From the human T2T-CHM13v2.0 reference genome, Homo sapiens: a stretch of 64,000 bases of DNA. Under the pieces are notes generated by a model that saw only the letters and a program-made list of their open reading frames with translations, was not told where the DNA came from and did not search any database. Each line of letters opens with the position of its first letter. Positions within the stretch are counted from its first letter, which is position 1. The position numbers and the translations under genes are program-made. Positions 1 to 15,481 of this stretch are shown here, piece by piece. The stretch lies in assembly GCF_009914755.1 (NCBI RefSeq), contig NC_060948.1. The stretch is one strand, 5' to 3'.

Positions 1-708
1 ATATATAAAAATATAATATATTATATATAACTATATATTATGTTATATATACTTTTATAACATTATTTACATAAAATATCATAATATAATATATATTATA
101 TTATTTCATATTACATAATATATATTACATATCACCCAATATAAGTAACATACATAATATTATAATATAGATTATATTATGTTATATTAAATATCATATA
201 TATCATGTATCATATATTCGATAATATATATTATACATTATATAATATGTATGTTGTCTATTATGTGATACATATAACTATATATATAATTATATTATTA
301 TACATATAACTAGATAAACATGAAATTCTACATATTTTCATTTATAATATATAGAATTATATAATCATATATAATTATTTATATTCTATAAAAATTATAT
401 CATTATATAAATTATAATATATAAAAATTATAATATGTACTACAAATATATATAGTATATATCATATATGATATAGTACCTTTGTTATATATCATAATAC
501 ATATAAATGTGTATTATGTTATCTATAATTATATAATTTCATATATAAGATGTATAATATGTATTATATATTATATATGTTATGTAATATATATAGTATA
601 TATAAGATGACACAGGATAAATATTATATACTATGACATATAAAATATATGAGGTTATATGTTACATATAAGGCATAGCACATAACATGTAATATATATC
701 ATATATAA

Positions 709-1000
709 TTTTTTTTTAGACAGAGTCTTGTCCTGTTGCACAGGGTGGAGTACAATGGCGCCATCTTTGCTCAATGCAACATCTGCCTCACGGGTCCAAG
801 CGATTGTCTTCCCTCAGCCTCCCAGGTAGCTGGGACTACACCACACTGGGACTACACCAGCTGCCACCATGCCTAGCAAATTTTTTGGATTTTTAGTAGT
901 GACAGCGTTTCACTGTATTGGAGAGGATGTTCTTGATCTCTTCACCTTGTGATCCCCTTGCCTTGGCCTCCAAATTTGCTGGGATTACAGGCCTGAGCCA
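709..1000 (-). mobile_element. Diverged Alu SINE, U1 (lacks ~13 nt of the 5' end, short A tail)
   Basis: T9-AGACAGAGTCTTG...CCTCAGCCTCCC..GTAGCTGGGACTACA...TTTTTAGTAG...GCTGGGATTACAGGCCTGAGCCA matches the reverse complement of both Alu arms. Confidence 0.95.
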
Positions 1001-1575
1001 AGATCCATATTTTTTAAATGAAAAAAAATTTCAAAAGTACTCTGCTTGGTACAATAATCAAATGTATAAACTGAGGAATAAAACATAACCATGAAACCTA
1101 CTTATAACTGCATATGGAAAATACAGAGGATAATTTTTTAAATAACATATTTTGAAAGCCTTAACTAGTAATTTGAAGAGTTGGCATTTGAAAGGCCAGT
1201 ATGAATATACCTTCAAAGCAGCAACACAGGTTCCCCATGAGAAAAAGCAAACTCAGGGAAAATAAAACCACAAAGGTTCAATCTCTTCTGACCTTTGAAA
1301 GACACAGCACAGACAGTGGTCCTTAGGACGAAGAGCAGGAGACCCCTAATTCCGTCACCATGGCGATAGGGCATAAACATTGCTGGGTGAGGGCACAATC
1401 CACATTGTGAGGTCCAACTGCTGCCAGGAAGACAGGAGTGCTTTTACATAGACCGAAAGGTCATTGAAGGCTCAGAGTTTTGTTTCAAGAACTGAATCCC
1501 AAGCCCACACGTTATTAGGCTGCGCTTCTTAAAACAAGTGATGAGATGGGAAAAAGGGCACCCACAAACATACGT
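1001..1575. repeat. HSATI-like moderately GC-rich core of the unit (representative copy U1; present in every unit)
   Basis: Non-Alu, non-simple ~570-bp segment directly after the Alu head, near-identical in all units. The HSATI name comes from the known DYZ2 composition, not from an alignment. Confidence 0.7.
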
Positions 1576-3127
1576 ATACATTATGTATATAATAATATAC
1601 AGTATCATATATATAATATATATAACCTATGTATAATATTGTTTTACATCCTGCATCTTATATTATATATATTGTATAAAATATAATAATTGATAATATA
1701 TAAGTTTTATATTTATACAATATGACATATAGTATATATTATAATTTATGACATATATATTATATGTTATATATCATATATAGAATATATTACACGGTTA
1801 ATATACGTATTAAATACAAATTATACATTATATATATTATATATAATATATCTGCTATATATAATACCCATTATGCATAATATATATATTATGTCTATGT
1901 TATATATAGTATAAAACAACATATAATAATATATAATTGTATATATAAAATGCGACATATAATATATATTATATTTTATGACATATGTAATATATATTAT
2001 ATATTATATATAATACGTTGTATGTATAATACCTATATTAAATATATATTATATGACTATGTTATTAATTACATGTCACATGTGTTATATATTATTTATT
2101 TTACACAGAATATACCGGTTACATACAATATATACTATGTTACCTACAATGTATAATTTATTACATGTAAAATAAAGAATGCAATATATTATGTATAATT
2201 TATAATATACAATATGTGGAATGTGATATATATAACATATAATATATGATATATGATATACAGTATATGATATATAACATACAATATATGATACCTAATA
2301 TATATGGTATACAATATATATTTTATGATATGTATTCTCTATGTTTTATATTCTGTTATATATAACTATTTGAAATTATATATAACTGTATAATATTTTA
2401 TGTAAATATGTAATATAATATATATAAAAATATAATATATTATATATAACTATATATTATGTTATATATACTTTTATAACATTATTTACATAAAATATCA
2501 TAATATAATATATATTATATTATTTCATATTACATAATATATATTACATATCACCCAATATAAGTAACATACATAATATTATAATATAGATTATATTATG
2601 TTATATTAAATATCATATATATCATGTATCATATATTCGATAATATATATTATACATTATATAATATGTATGTTGTCTATTATGTGATACATATAACTAT
2701 ATATATAATTATATTATTATACATATAACTAGATAAACATGAAATTCTACATATTTTCATTTATAATATATAGAATTATATAATCATATATAATTATTTA
2801 TATTCTATAAAAATTATATCATTATATAAATTATAATATATAAAAATTATAATATGTACTACAAATATATATAGTATATATCATATATGATATAGTACCT
2901 TTGTTATATATCATAATACATATAAATGTGTATTATGTTATCTATAATTATATAATTTCATATATAAGATGTATAATATGTATTATATATTATATATGTT
3001 ATGTAATATATATAGTATATATAAGATGACACAGGATAAATATTATATACTATGACATATAAAATATATGAGGTTATATGTTACATATAAGGCATAGCAC
3101 ATAACATGTAATATATATCATATATAA
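1576..3127. repeat. AT-rich low-complexity block (~1.55 kb) of the unit (representative copy U1-U2; present in every unit)
   Basis: Almost entirely A/T, made of degenerate TA/ATAT/TTATA motifs, yet conserved nearly base-for-base between units. Confidence 0.9.
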
Positions 3128-3419
3128 TTTTTTTTTAGACAGAGTCTTGTCCTGTTGCACAGGGTGGAGTACAATGGCGCCATCTTTGCTCAATGCAACA
3201 TCTGCCTCACGGGTCCAAGCGATTGTCTTCCCTCAGCCTCCCAGGTAGCTGGGACTACACCACACTGGGACTACACCAGCTGCCACCATGCCTAGCTAAT
3301 TTTTTGGATTTTTAGTAGTGACAGCGTTTCACTGTATTGGAGAGGATGTTCTTGATCTCTTCACCTTGTGATCCCCTTGCCTTGGCCTCCAAATTTGCTG
3401 GGATTACAGGCCTGAGCCA
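3128..3419 (-). mobile_element. Alu, U2
   Basis: Same antisense Alu as U1. Confidence 0.95.
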
Positions 3420-5515
3420 AGATCCATATTTTTTAAATGAAAAAAAATTTCAAAAGTACTCTGCTTGGTACAATAATCAAATGTATAAACTGAGGAATAA
3501 AACATAACCATGAAACCTACTTATAACTGCATATGGAAAATACAGAGGATAATTTTTTAAATAACATATTTTGAAAGCCTTAACTAGTAATTTGAAGAGT
3601 TGGCATTTGAAAGGCCAGTATGAATATACCTTCAAAGCAGCAACACAGGTTCCCCATGAGAAAAAGCAAACTCAGGGAAAATAAAACCACAAAGGTTCAA
3701 TCTCTTCTGACCTTTGAAAGACACAGCACAGACAGTGGTCCTTAGGACGAAGAGCAGGAGACCCCTAATTCCGTCACCATGGCGATAGGGCATAAACATT
3801 GCTGGGTGAGGACACAATCCACATTGTGAGGTCCAACTGCTGCCAGGAAGACAGGAGTGCTTTTACATAGACCGAAAGGTCATTGAAGGCTCAGAGTTTT
3901 GTTTCAAGAACTGAATCCCAAGCCCACACGTTATTAGGCTGCGCTTCTTAAAACAAGTGATGAGATGGGAAAAAGGGCACCCACAAACATACGTATACAT
4001 TATGTATATAATAATATACAGTATCATATATATAATATATATAACCTATGTATAATATTGTTTTACATCCTGCATCTTATATTATATATATTGTATAAAA
4101 TATAATAATTGATAATATATAAGTTTTATATTTATACAATATGACATATAGTATATATTATAATTTATGACATATATAATATATGTTATATATCATATAT
4201 AGAATATATTATACGGTTAATATACGTATTAAATATAAATTATACATTATATATATTATATATAATATATCTGCTATATATAATACCCATTATGCATAAT
4301 ATATATATTATGTCTATGTTATATATAGTATAAACCAACATATAATAATATATAATTGTATATATAAAATGCGACATATAATATATATTATATTTTATGA
4401 CATATGTAATATATATTATATGTTATATATAATGTGTTGTATGTATAATACCTATATTAAATATATATTATATGACTATGTTATTAATTACATGTCACAT
4501 ATGTTATATATTATATATTTTACATAGAATATACCGGTTACATACAATATATACTATGTTACTTATAATGTATAATTTATTACATGTAAAATAAAGAATG
4601 CAATATATTATGTATAATTTATAATATACAATATGTGGAATGTGATATATATAACATATAATATATGATATACAGTATATGATATATAACATACAATATA
4701 TGATACCTAATATATATGGTATACAATATATATTTTATGATATGTATTCTATATGTTTTATATTCTGTTATATATAACTATTTGAAATTTTACATAACTG
4801 TATAATATTTTAGGTAAATATGTATTATAATATATATAACTATATAATATATTATATATAACTCTGTGTTATGTTATATATACTTTTATAACATAATTTA
4901 CATAAAATATCATAATATAATATATATTATATTATTTCATATTACATAATATATATTACATATCACCCAATATAAGTAACATGCAAAATATTATCATATA
5001 GATTATAATATGTTATATTAAATATCATATATATCATGTATCATATATTCTATAATATATATTCTACATTATATAATATGTATGTTGTCTATTATGTGAT
5101 ATATATAACTATATATATAATTATATTATTATACATATAACTAGATAAACATGTAATTCTACATATTTTCATTTATAATATATAGAATTATATAAACATA
5201 TATAATTATTTATATTCTATAAAAAATTATATCATTATATAAATTATAATATATAAAAATTACAATATGTACTACAAATATATATATTATATATCATATA
5301 TGATATAGTACCTTTGTTATATATCATAATACATATAAATGTGTATTATGTCATCTATAATTATATAATTTCATATATAAGATGTATAATAAGTATTATA
5401 TATTATATATGTTATGTAATATATATAGTATATATAAGATGACACAGGATAAATATTATATACTATGAAATAAAATATATGAGGTTATATGTTACATATA
5501 AGGCATAGCACATAA

Positions 5516-5830
<315 letters not shown>

Positions 5831-7957
5831 AGATCCATATTTTTTAAATGAAAAAAAATTTCAAAGGTACTCTGCTTGGTACAATAATCAAATGTATAAA
5901 CTGAGGAATAAAACATAACCATGAAACCTACTTATAACTGCATATGGAAAATACAGAGGATAATTTTTTAAGTAACATATTTTGAAAGCCTTAACTAGTA
6001 ATTTGAAGAGTTGGCATTTGAAAGGCCAGTATGAATATACCTTCAAAGCAGCAACACAGGTTCCCCATGAGAAAAAGCAAACACAGGGAAAATAAAACCA
6101 CAAAGGTTCAATCTCTTCTGACCTTTGAAAGACACAGCACAGACACTGGTCCTTAGGACGAAGAGCAGGAGACCCCTAATTCCGTCACCATGGCGATAGG
6201 GCATAAACATTGCTGGGTGAGGACACAATCCACATTGTGAGGTCCAACTGCTGCCAGGAAGACAGGAGTGCTTTTACATAGACCGAAAGGTCATTGAAGG
6301 CTCAGAGCTTTGTTTCAAGAACTGAATCCCAAGCCCACACGTTATTAGGCTGCGCTTCTTAAAACAGGTTATGAGATGGGAAAAAGGGCACCCACAAACA
6401 TACGTATACATTATGTATATAATAATATACAGTATCATATATATAATATATATAACCTATGTATAATATTGTTTTACATCCTGCATCTTATGTTATATAT
6501 ATTGTATAAAATATAATAATTGATAATATATAAGTTTTAAAATTATACAATATGACATATAGTATATATTATAATTTATGACATATATAATATATGTTAT
6601 ATATCATATATAGAATATATTATACGGTTAATATACGTATTAAATATAAATTATACATTATATATATTATATATAATATATCTGTTATATATAATACCCA
6701 TTATGCATAATATATATATTATGTCTATGTTATATATAGTATAAAACAACATATAATAATATATAATTGTATATAGAAAACGCGACATATAATATATATT
6801 ATATTTTATGACATATGTAATATATATTATATATTATATAAAATACGTTGTATGTATATTACCTATATTAAATATATATTATATGACTATGTTATTAATT
6901 ACATGTCACATATGTTATATATTATATATTTTACATAGAATATACCGGTTACATACACTATATACTATGTTACCTATAATGAAAAATTGATTACATGTAA
7001 AATAAAGAATGCAATATATTATATATAATTTATAATATACAATATGTGGAATGTGATATATATAACATATAATATATGATATATGATATACAGTATATGA
7101 TATATAACATACAATATATGATTCCTAATATATATGGTATACAATATATATTTTATGATATGTATTCTATATGTTTTATATTCTGTTATATATAACTATT
7201 TGAAATTATATATAACTGTATAATATTTTATGTAAATATGTAATATAATATATATAACTATATAATATATTATATATAACTATATATTATGTTATATATA
7301 CTTTTATAACATAATTTACATAAAATATCATAACATAATATATATTATATTATTTCATATTACATAATATATATTACATATCACCCAATATAAGTAACAT
7401 ACATAATATTATAATATAGATTATATTATGTTATATTAAATATCATATATATCATGTATCATATATTCGATAATATATATTATACATTATATAATATGTA
7501 TGTTGTCTATTATGTGATACATATAACTATATATATAATTATATTATTATACATATAACTAGATAAACATGAAATTCTACATATTTTCATTTATAATATA
7601 TAGAATTATATAATCATATATAATTATTTATATTCTATAAAAATTATATCATTATATAAATTATAATATATAAAAATTATAATATGTACTACAAATATAT
7701 ATAGTATATATCATATATGATATAGTACCTTTGTTATATATCATAATACATATAAATGTGTATTATGTTATCTATAATTATATAATTTCATATATAAGAT
7801 GTATAATATGTATTATATATTATATATGTTATGTAATATATATAGTATATATAAGATGACACAGGATAAATATTATATACTATGACATATAAAATATATG
7901 AGGTTATATGTTACATATAAGGCATAGCACATAACATGTAATATATATCATATATAA

Positions 7958-8249
7958 TTTTTTTTTAGACAGAGTCTTGTCCTGTTGCACAGGGTGGAGT
8001 ACAATGGCGCCATCTTTGCTCAATGCAACATCTGCCTCACGGGTCCAAGCGATTGTCTTCCCTCAGCCTCCCAGGTAGCTGGGACTACACCACACTGGGA
8101 CTACACCAGCTGCCACCATGCCTAGCTAATTTTTTGGATTTTTAGTAGTGACAGCGTTTCACTGTATTGGAGAGGATGTTCTTGATCTCTTCACCTTGTG
8201 ATCCCCTTGCCTTGGCCTCCAAATTTGCTGGGATTACAGGCCTGAGCCA
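7958..8249 (-). mobile_element. Alu, U4
   Basis: Same antisense Alu. Confidence 0.95.
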
Positions 8250-10345
8250 AGATCCATATTTTTTAAATGAAAAAAAATTTCAAAAGTACTCTGCTTGGTA
8301 CAATAATCAAATGTATAAACTGAGGAATAAAACATAACCATGAAACCTACTTATAACTGCATATGGAAAATACAGAGGATAATTTTTTAAATAACATATT
8401 TTGAAAGCCTTAACTAGTAATTTGAAGAGTTGGCATTTGAAAGGCCAGTATGAATATACCTTCAAAGCAGCAACACAGGTTCCCCATGAGAAAAAGCAAA
8501 CTCAGGGAAAATAAAACCACAAAGGTTCAATCTCTTCTGACCTTTGAAAGACACAGCACAGACAGTGGTCCTTAGGACGAAGAGCAGGAGACCCCTAATT
8601 CCGTCACCATGGCGATAGGGCATAAACATTGCTGGGTGAGGGCACAATCCACATTGTGAGGTCCAACTGCTGCCAGGAAGACAGGAGTGCTTTTACATAG
8701 ACCGAAAGGTCATTGAAGGCTCAGAGTTTTGTTTCAAGAACTGAATCCCAAGCCCACACGTTATTAGGCTGCGCTTCTTAAAACAAGTGATGAGATGGGA
8801 AAAAGGGCACCCACAAACATACGTATACATTATGTATATAATAATATACAGTATCATATATATAATATATATAACCTATGTATAATATTGTTTTACATCC
8901 TGCATCTTATATTATATATATTGTATAAAATATAATAATTGATAATATATAAGTTTTATATTTATACAATATGACATATAGTATATATTATAACTTATGA
9001 CATATATAATATATGTTATATATCATATATAGAATATATTATACGGTTAATATACGTATTAAATATAAATTATACATTATATATATTATATATAATATAT
9101 CTGCTATATATAATACCCATTATGCATAATATATATATTATGTCTATGTTATATATAGTATAAACCAACATATAATAATATATAATTGTATATATAAAAT
9201 GCGACATATAATATATATTATATTTTATGACATATGTAATATATATTATATGTTATATATAATGCGTTGTATGTATAATACCTATATTAAATATATATTA
9301 TATGACTATGTTATTAATTACATGTCACATATGTTATATATTATATATTTTACATAGAATATACCGGTTACATACAATATATACTATGTTACTTATAATG
9401 TATAATTTATTACATGTAAAATAAAGAATGCAATATATTATGTATAATTTATAATATACAATATGTGGAATGTGATATATATAACATATAATATATGATA
9501 TACAGTATATGATATATAACATACAATATATGATACCTAATATATATGGTATACAATATATATTTTATGATATGTATTCTATATGTTTTATATTCTGTTA
9601 TATATAACTATTTGAAATTTTACATAACTGTATAATATTTTAGGTAAATATGTATTATAATATATATAACTATATAATATATTATATATAACTCTGTGTT
9701 ATGTTATATATACTTTTATAACATAATTTACATAAAATATCATAATATAATATATATTATATTATTTCATATTACATAATATATATTACATATCACCCAA
9801 TATAAGTAACATGCAAAATATTATCATATAGATTATAATATGTTATATTAAATATCATATATATCATGTATCATATATTCTATAATATATATTCTACATT
9901 ATATAATATGTATGTTGTCTATTATGTGATATATATAACTATATATATAATTATATTATTATACATATAACTAGATAAACATGTAATTCTACATATTTTC
10001 ATTTATAATATATAGAATTATATAAACATATATAATTATTTATATTCTATAAAAAATTATATCATTATATAAATTATAATATATAAAAATTACAATATGT
10101 ACTACAAATATATATATTATATATCATATATGATATAGTACCTTTGTTATATATCATAATACATATAAATGTGTATTATGTCATCTATAATTATATAATT
10201 TCATATATAAGATGTATAATAAGTATTATATATTATATATGTTATGTAATATATATAGTATATATAAGATGACACAGGATAAATATTATATACTATGAAA
10301 TAAAATATATGAGGTTATATGTTACATATAAGGCATAGCACATAA

Positions 10346-10644
<299 letters not shown>

Positions 10645-12749
10645 AGATCCATATTTTTTAAATGAAAAAAAATTTCAAAGGTACTCTGCTTGGTACAATA
10701 ATCAAATGTATAAACTGAGGAATAAAACATAACCATGAAACCTACTTATAACTGCATATGGAAAATACAGAGGATAATTTTTTAAGTAACATATTTTGAA
10801 AGCCTTAACTAGTAATTTGAAGAGTTGGCATTTGAAAGGCCAGTATGAATATACCTTCAAAGCAGCAACACAGGTTCCCCATGAGAAAAAGCAAACACAG
10901 GGAAAATAAAACCACAAAGGTTCAATCTCTTCTGACCTTTGAAAGACACAGCACAGACACTGGTCCTTAGGACGAAGAGCAGGAGACCCCTAATTCCGTC
11001 ACCATGGCGATAGGGCATAAACATTGCTGGGTGAGGACACAATCCACATTGTGAGGTCCAACTGCTGCCAGGAAGACAGGAGTGCTTTTACATAGACCGA
11101 AAGGTCATTGAAGGCTCAGAGCTTTGTTTCAAGAACTGAATCCCAAGCCCACACGTTATTAGGCTGCGCTTCTTAAAACAGGTTATGAGATGGGAAAAAG
11201 GGCACCCACAAACATACGTATACATTATGTATATAATAATATACAGTATCATATATATAATATATATAACCTATGTATAATATTGTTTTACATCCTGCAT
11301 CTTATGTTATATATATTGTATAAAATATAATAATTGATAATATATAAGTTTTAAAATTATACAATATGACATATAGTATATATTATAATTTATGACATAT
11401 ATAATATATGTTATATATCATATATAGAATATATTATACGGTTAATATACGTATTAAATATAAATTATACATTATATATATTATATATAATATATCTGTT
11501 ATATATAATACCCATTATGCATAATATATATATTATGTCTATGTTATATATAGTATAAAACAACATATAATAATATATAATTGTATATAGAAAACGCGAC
11601 ATATAATATATATTATATTTTATGACATATGTAATATATATTATATATTATATAAAATACGTTGTATGTATATTACCTATATTAAATATATATTATATGA
11701 CTATGTTATTAATTACATGTCACATATGTTATATATTATATATTTTACATAGAATATACCGGTTACATACACTATATACTATGTTACCTATAATGAAAAA
11801 TTGATTACATGTAAAATAAAGAATGCAATATATTATATATAATTTATAATATACAATATGTGGAATGTGATATATATAACATATAATATATGATATATGA
11901 TATACAGTATATGATATATAACATACAATATATGATTCCTAATATATATGGTATACAATATATATTTTATGATATGTATTCTATATGTTTTATATTCTGT
12001 TATATATAACTATTTGAAATTATATATAACTGTATAATATTTTATGTAAATATGTAATATAATATATATAACTATATAATATATTATATATAACTATATA
12101 TTATGTTATATATACTTTTATAACATAATTTACATAAAATATCATAACATAATATATATTATATTATTTCATATTACATAATATATATTACATATCACCC
12201 AATATAACTAACATACATAATATTATAATATAGATTATATTATGTTATATTAAATATCATATATATCATGTATCATATATTCTATAATATATATTACACA
12301 TTATATAATATGTATGTTGTCTATTATGTGATATATATAACTATATATATAATTATATTTTTATACATATAACTAGATAAACATGTAATTCTACATATTT
12401 TCATTTATAATATGTAGAATTATATAATCATATATAATTATTTATATTCTATAAAAAATTTTATCATTATATAAATTATAATATATAAAAATTATAATAT
12501 GTACTACAAATATATATATTACATATCATATATGATATAGTACCTTTGTTATATATCATAATACATATAAATGTGTATTATGTTATCTATAATTATATAA
12601 TTTCATATATAAGATGTATAATATGTATCATATATTATATATGTTATGTAATATATATAGTATATATAAGATGACACAGGATAAATATTATATAGTATGA
12701 CATATAAAATATATCAGGTTATATGTTACATATAAGGCATAGCACATAA

Positions 12750-13064
<315 letters not shown>

Positions 13065-15166
13065 AGATCCATATTTTTTAAATGAAAAAAAATTTCAAAG
13101 GTACTCTGCTTGGTACAATAATCAAATGTATAAACTGAGGAATAAAACATAACCATGAAACCTACTTATAACTGCATATGGAAAATACAGAGGATAATTT
13201 TTTAAATAACATATTTTGAAAGCCTTAACTAGTAATTTGAAGAGCTGGCATTTGAAAGGCCAGTATGAATATACCTTCAAAGCAGCAACACCAGTTCCCC
13301 ATGAGAAAAAGCAAACACAGGGAAAATAAAAACACAAAGGTTCAATCTCTTCTGACCTTTGAAAGACACAGCACAGACAGTGGTCCTTAGGACGAAGAGC
13401 AGGAGACCCCTAATTCCGTCACCATGGCGATAGGGCATAAACATTGCTGGGTGAGGGCACAATCCACATTGTGAGGTCCAACTGCTGCCAGGAAGACAGG
13501 AGTGCTTTTACATAGACCGAAAGGTCATTGAAGGCTCAGAGTTTTGTTTCAAGAACTGAATCCCAAGCCCACACGTTATTAGGCTGCGCTTCTTAAAACA
13601 AGTTATGAGATGGGAAAAAGGGCACCCACAAACATACGTATACATTATGTATATAATAATATACAGTATCATATATATAATATATATAATCTATGTATAA
13701 TATTGTTTTACATCCTGCATCTTATGTTATATATATTGTATAAAATATAATAATTGATAATATATGTTTTATAATTATACAATATGACATATAGTATATA
13801 TTATAATTTATGACATATATAATATATGTTATATATCATATATAGAATATATTATACGGTTAATATACGTATTAAATATAAATTATACATTATATATATT
13901 ATATATAATATATCTGTTATATATAATACCCATTATGCATAATATATATATTATGTCTATGTTATATATAGTATAAAACAACATATAATAATATATAATT
14001 GTATATATAAAATGCGACATATAATATATATTATATTTTATAACATATGTAATATATATTATATATTATATATAATACGTTGTATGTATAATACCTATAT
14101 TAAATATTTATTATATGACTATGTTATTAATGACATGTCACATGTGTTATATATTATATATTTTACATAGAATATACCGGTTACATACAATATATACTAT
14201 GTTACCTATAATGTATAATTTCTTACATGTAAAATAAGAATGCAATATACTATGTATAATTTATAATATACAATATGTGGAATGTGATATATATAACATA
14301 TAATATATGATATATGATATACAGTATATGATATATAACATACAATATATGATTGCTAATATATATGGTATACAATATATATTTTATGACATGTATTCTA
14401 TATGTTGTATATTCTGTTATATATAACTATTTGAAATTATATATAACTGTATAATATTTTATGTAAATATGTAATATAATATATATAACTATATAATATA
14501 TTATATATAACTATATATTATGTTATATATACTTTTATAACATAATTTGCATAAAATATCATAATATAATATATATTATATTATTTCATATTACATAATA
14601 TATATTACATATCACCCAATATAACTAACATACATAATATTATAATATAGATTATATTATGTTATATTAAATATCATATATATCATGTATCATATATTCT
14701 ATAATATATATTACACATTATATAATATGTATGTTGTCTATTATGTGATATATATAACTCTATATATAATTATATTATTATACAAATAACTAGATAAACA
14801 TGTAATTCTACATATTTTCATTTATAATATGAAGAATTATATAATCATATATAATTATTTATATTCTATAAAAAATTTTATCATTATATAAATTATAATA
14901 TATAAAAATTATAATATGTACTACAAATATATATATTATATATCATATCTGATATAGTACCTTTGTTATATATCATAATACATATAAATGTGTATTATGT
15001 TATCTATAATTATATAATTTCATATATAAGATGTATAATATGTATCATATATTATATATGTTATGTAATATATACAGTATATATAAGATGACACAGGATA
15101 AATATTATATACTATGACATATAAAATATATGAGGTTATATGTTACATATTAGGCATAGCACATAA

Positions 15167-15481
<315 letters not shown>

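Noticed and set aside
709-724. T9-AG/ACAG splice-acceptor-like motif in each unit
   Set aside because: Generic feature of antisense Alu tails. No gene context or transcript evidence is visible.
830-859. CTGGGACTACACCA direct repeats and overall periodicity resembling a CRISPR or other repeat-spacer system
   Set aside because: The sequences between repeats are near-identical rather than unique, there are no cas genes, and the DNA is primate (Alu).
920-1000. Alu Pol III A/B boxes as an active promoter
   Set aside because: The head is truncated and the boxes are diverged (B-box region GAGATCAAGAC, further altered in U1, U2, U4, U13 and U17). Activity cannot be supported from sequence.
1213-1398. 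Repeated 61-aa MCPHPAM... and overlapping 71-aa MCFYFP... minus-strand ORFs in every unit
   Set aside because: They are short, overlap in different frames, use non-ATG starts in the track and have no recognisable domain. Recurrence reflects satellite homogenisation, and the observed variants show no sign of synonymous bias.
1950-2156. Ile/Tyr-rich ORFs in the AT block (also 4504, 6808, 9334, 11622, 42579)
   Set aside because: Translations of TA-rich low-complexity DNA that are open only where a SNP removes a stop.
1576-3127. AT-rich organelle or parasite DNA (mtDNA control region, Plasmodium intergenic)
   Set aside because: Each AT block is joined to a primate Alu in an exact periodic unit.
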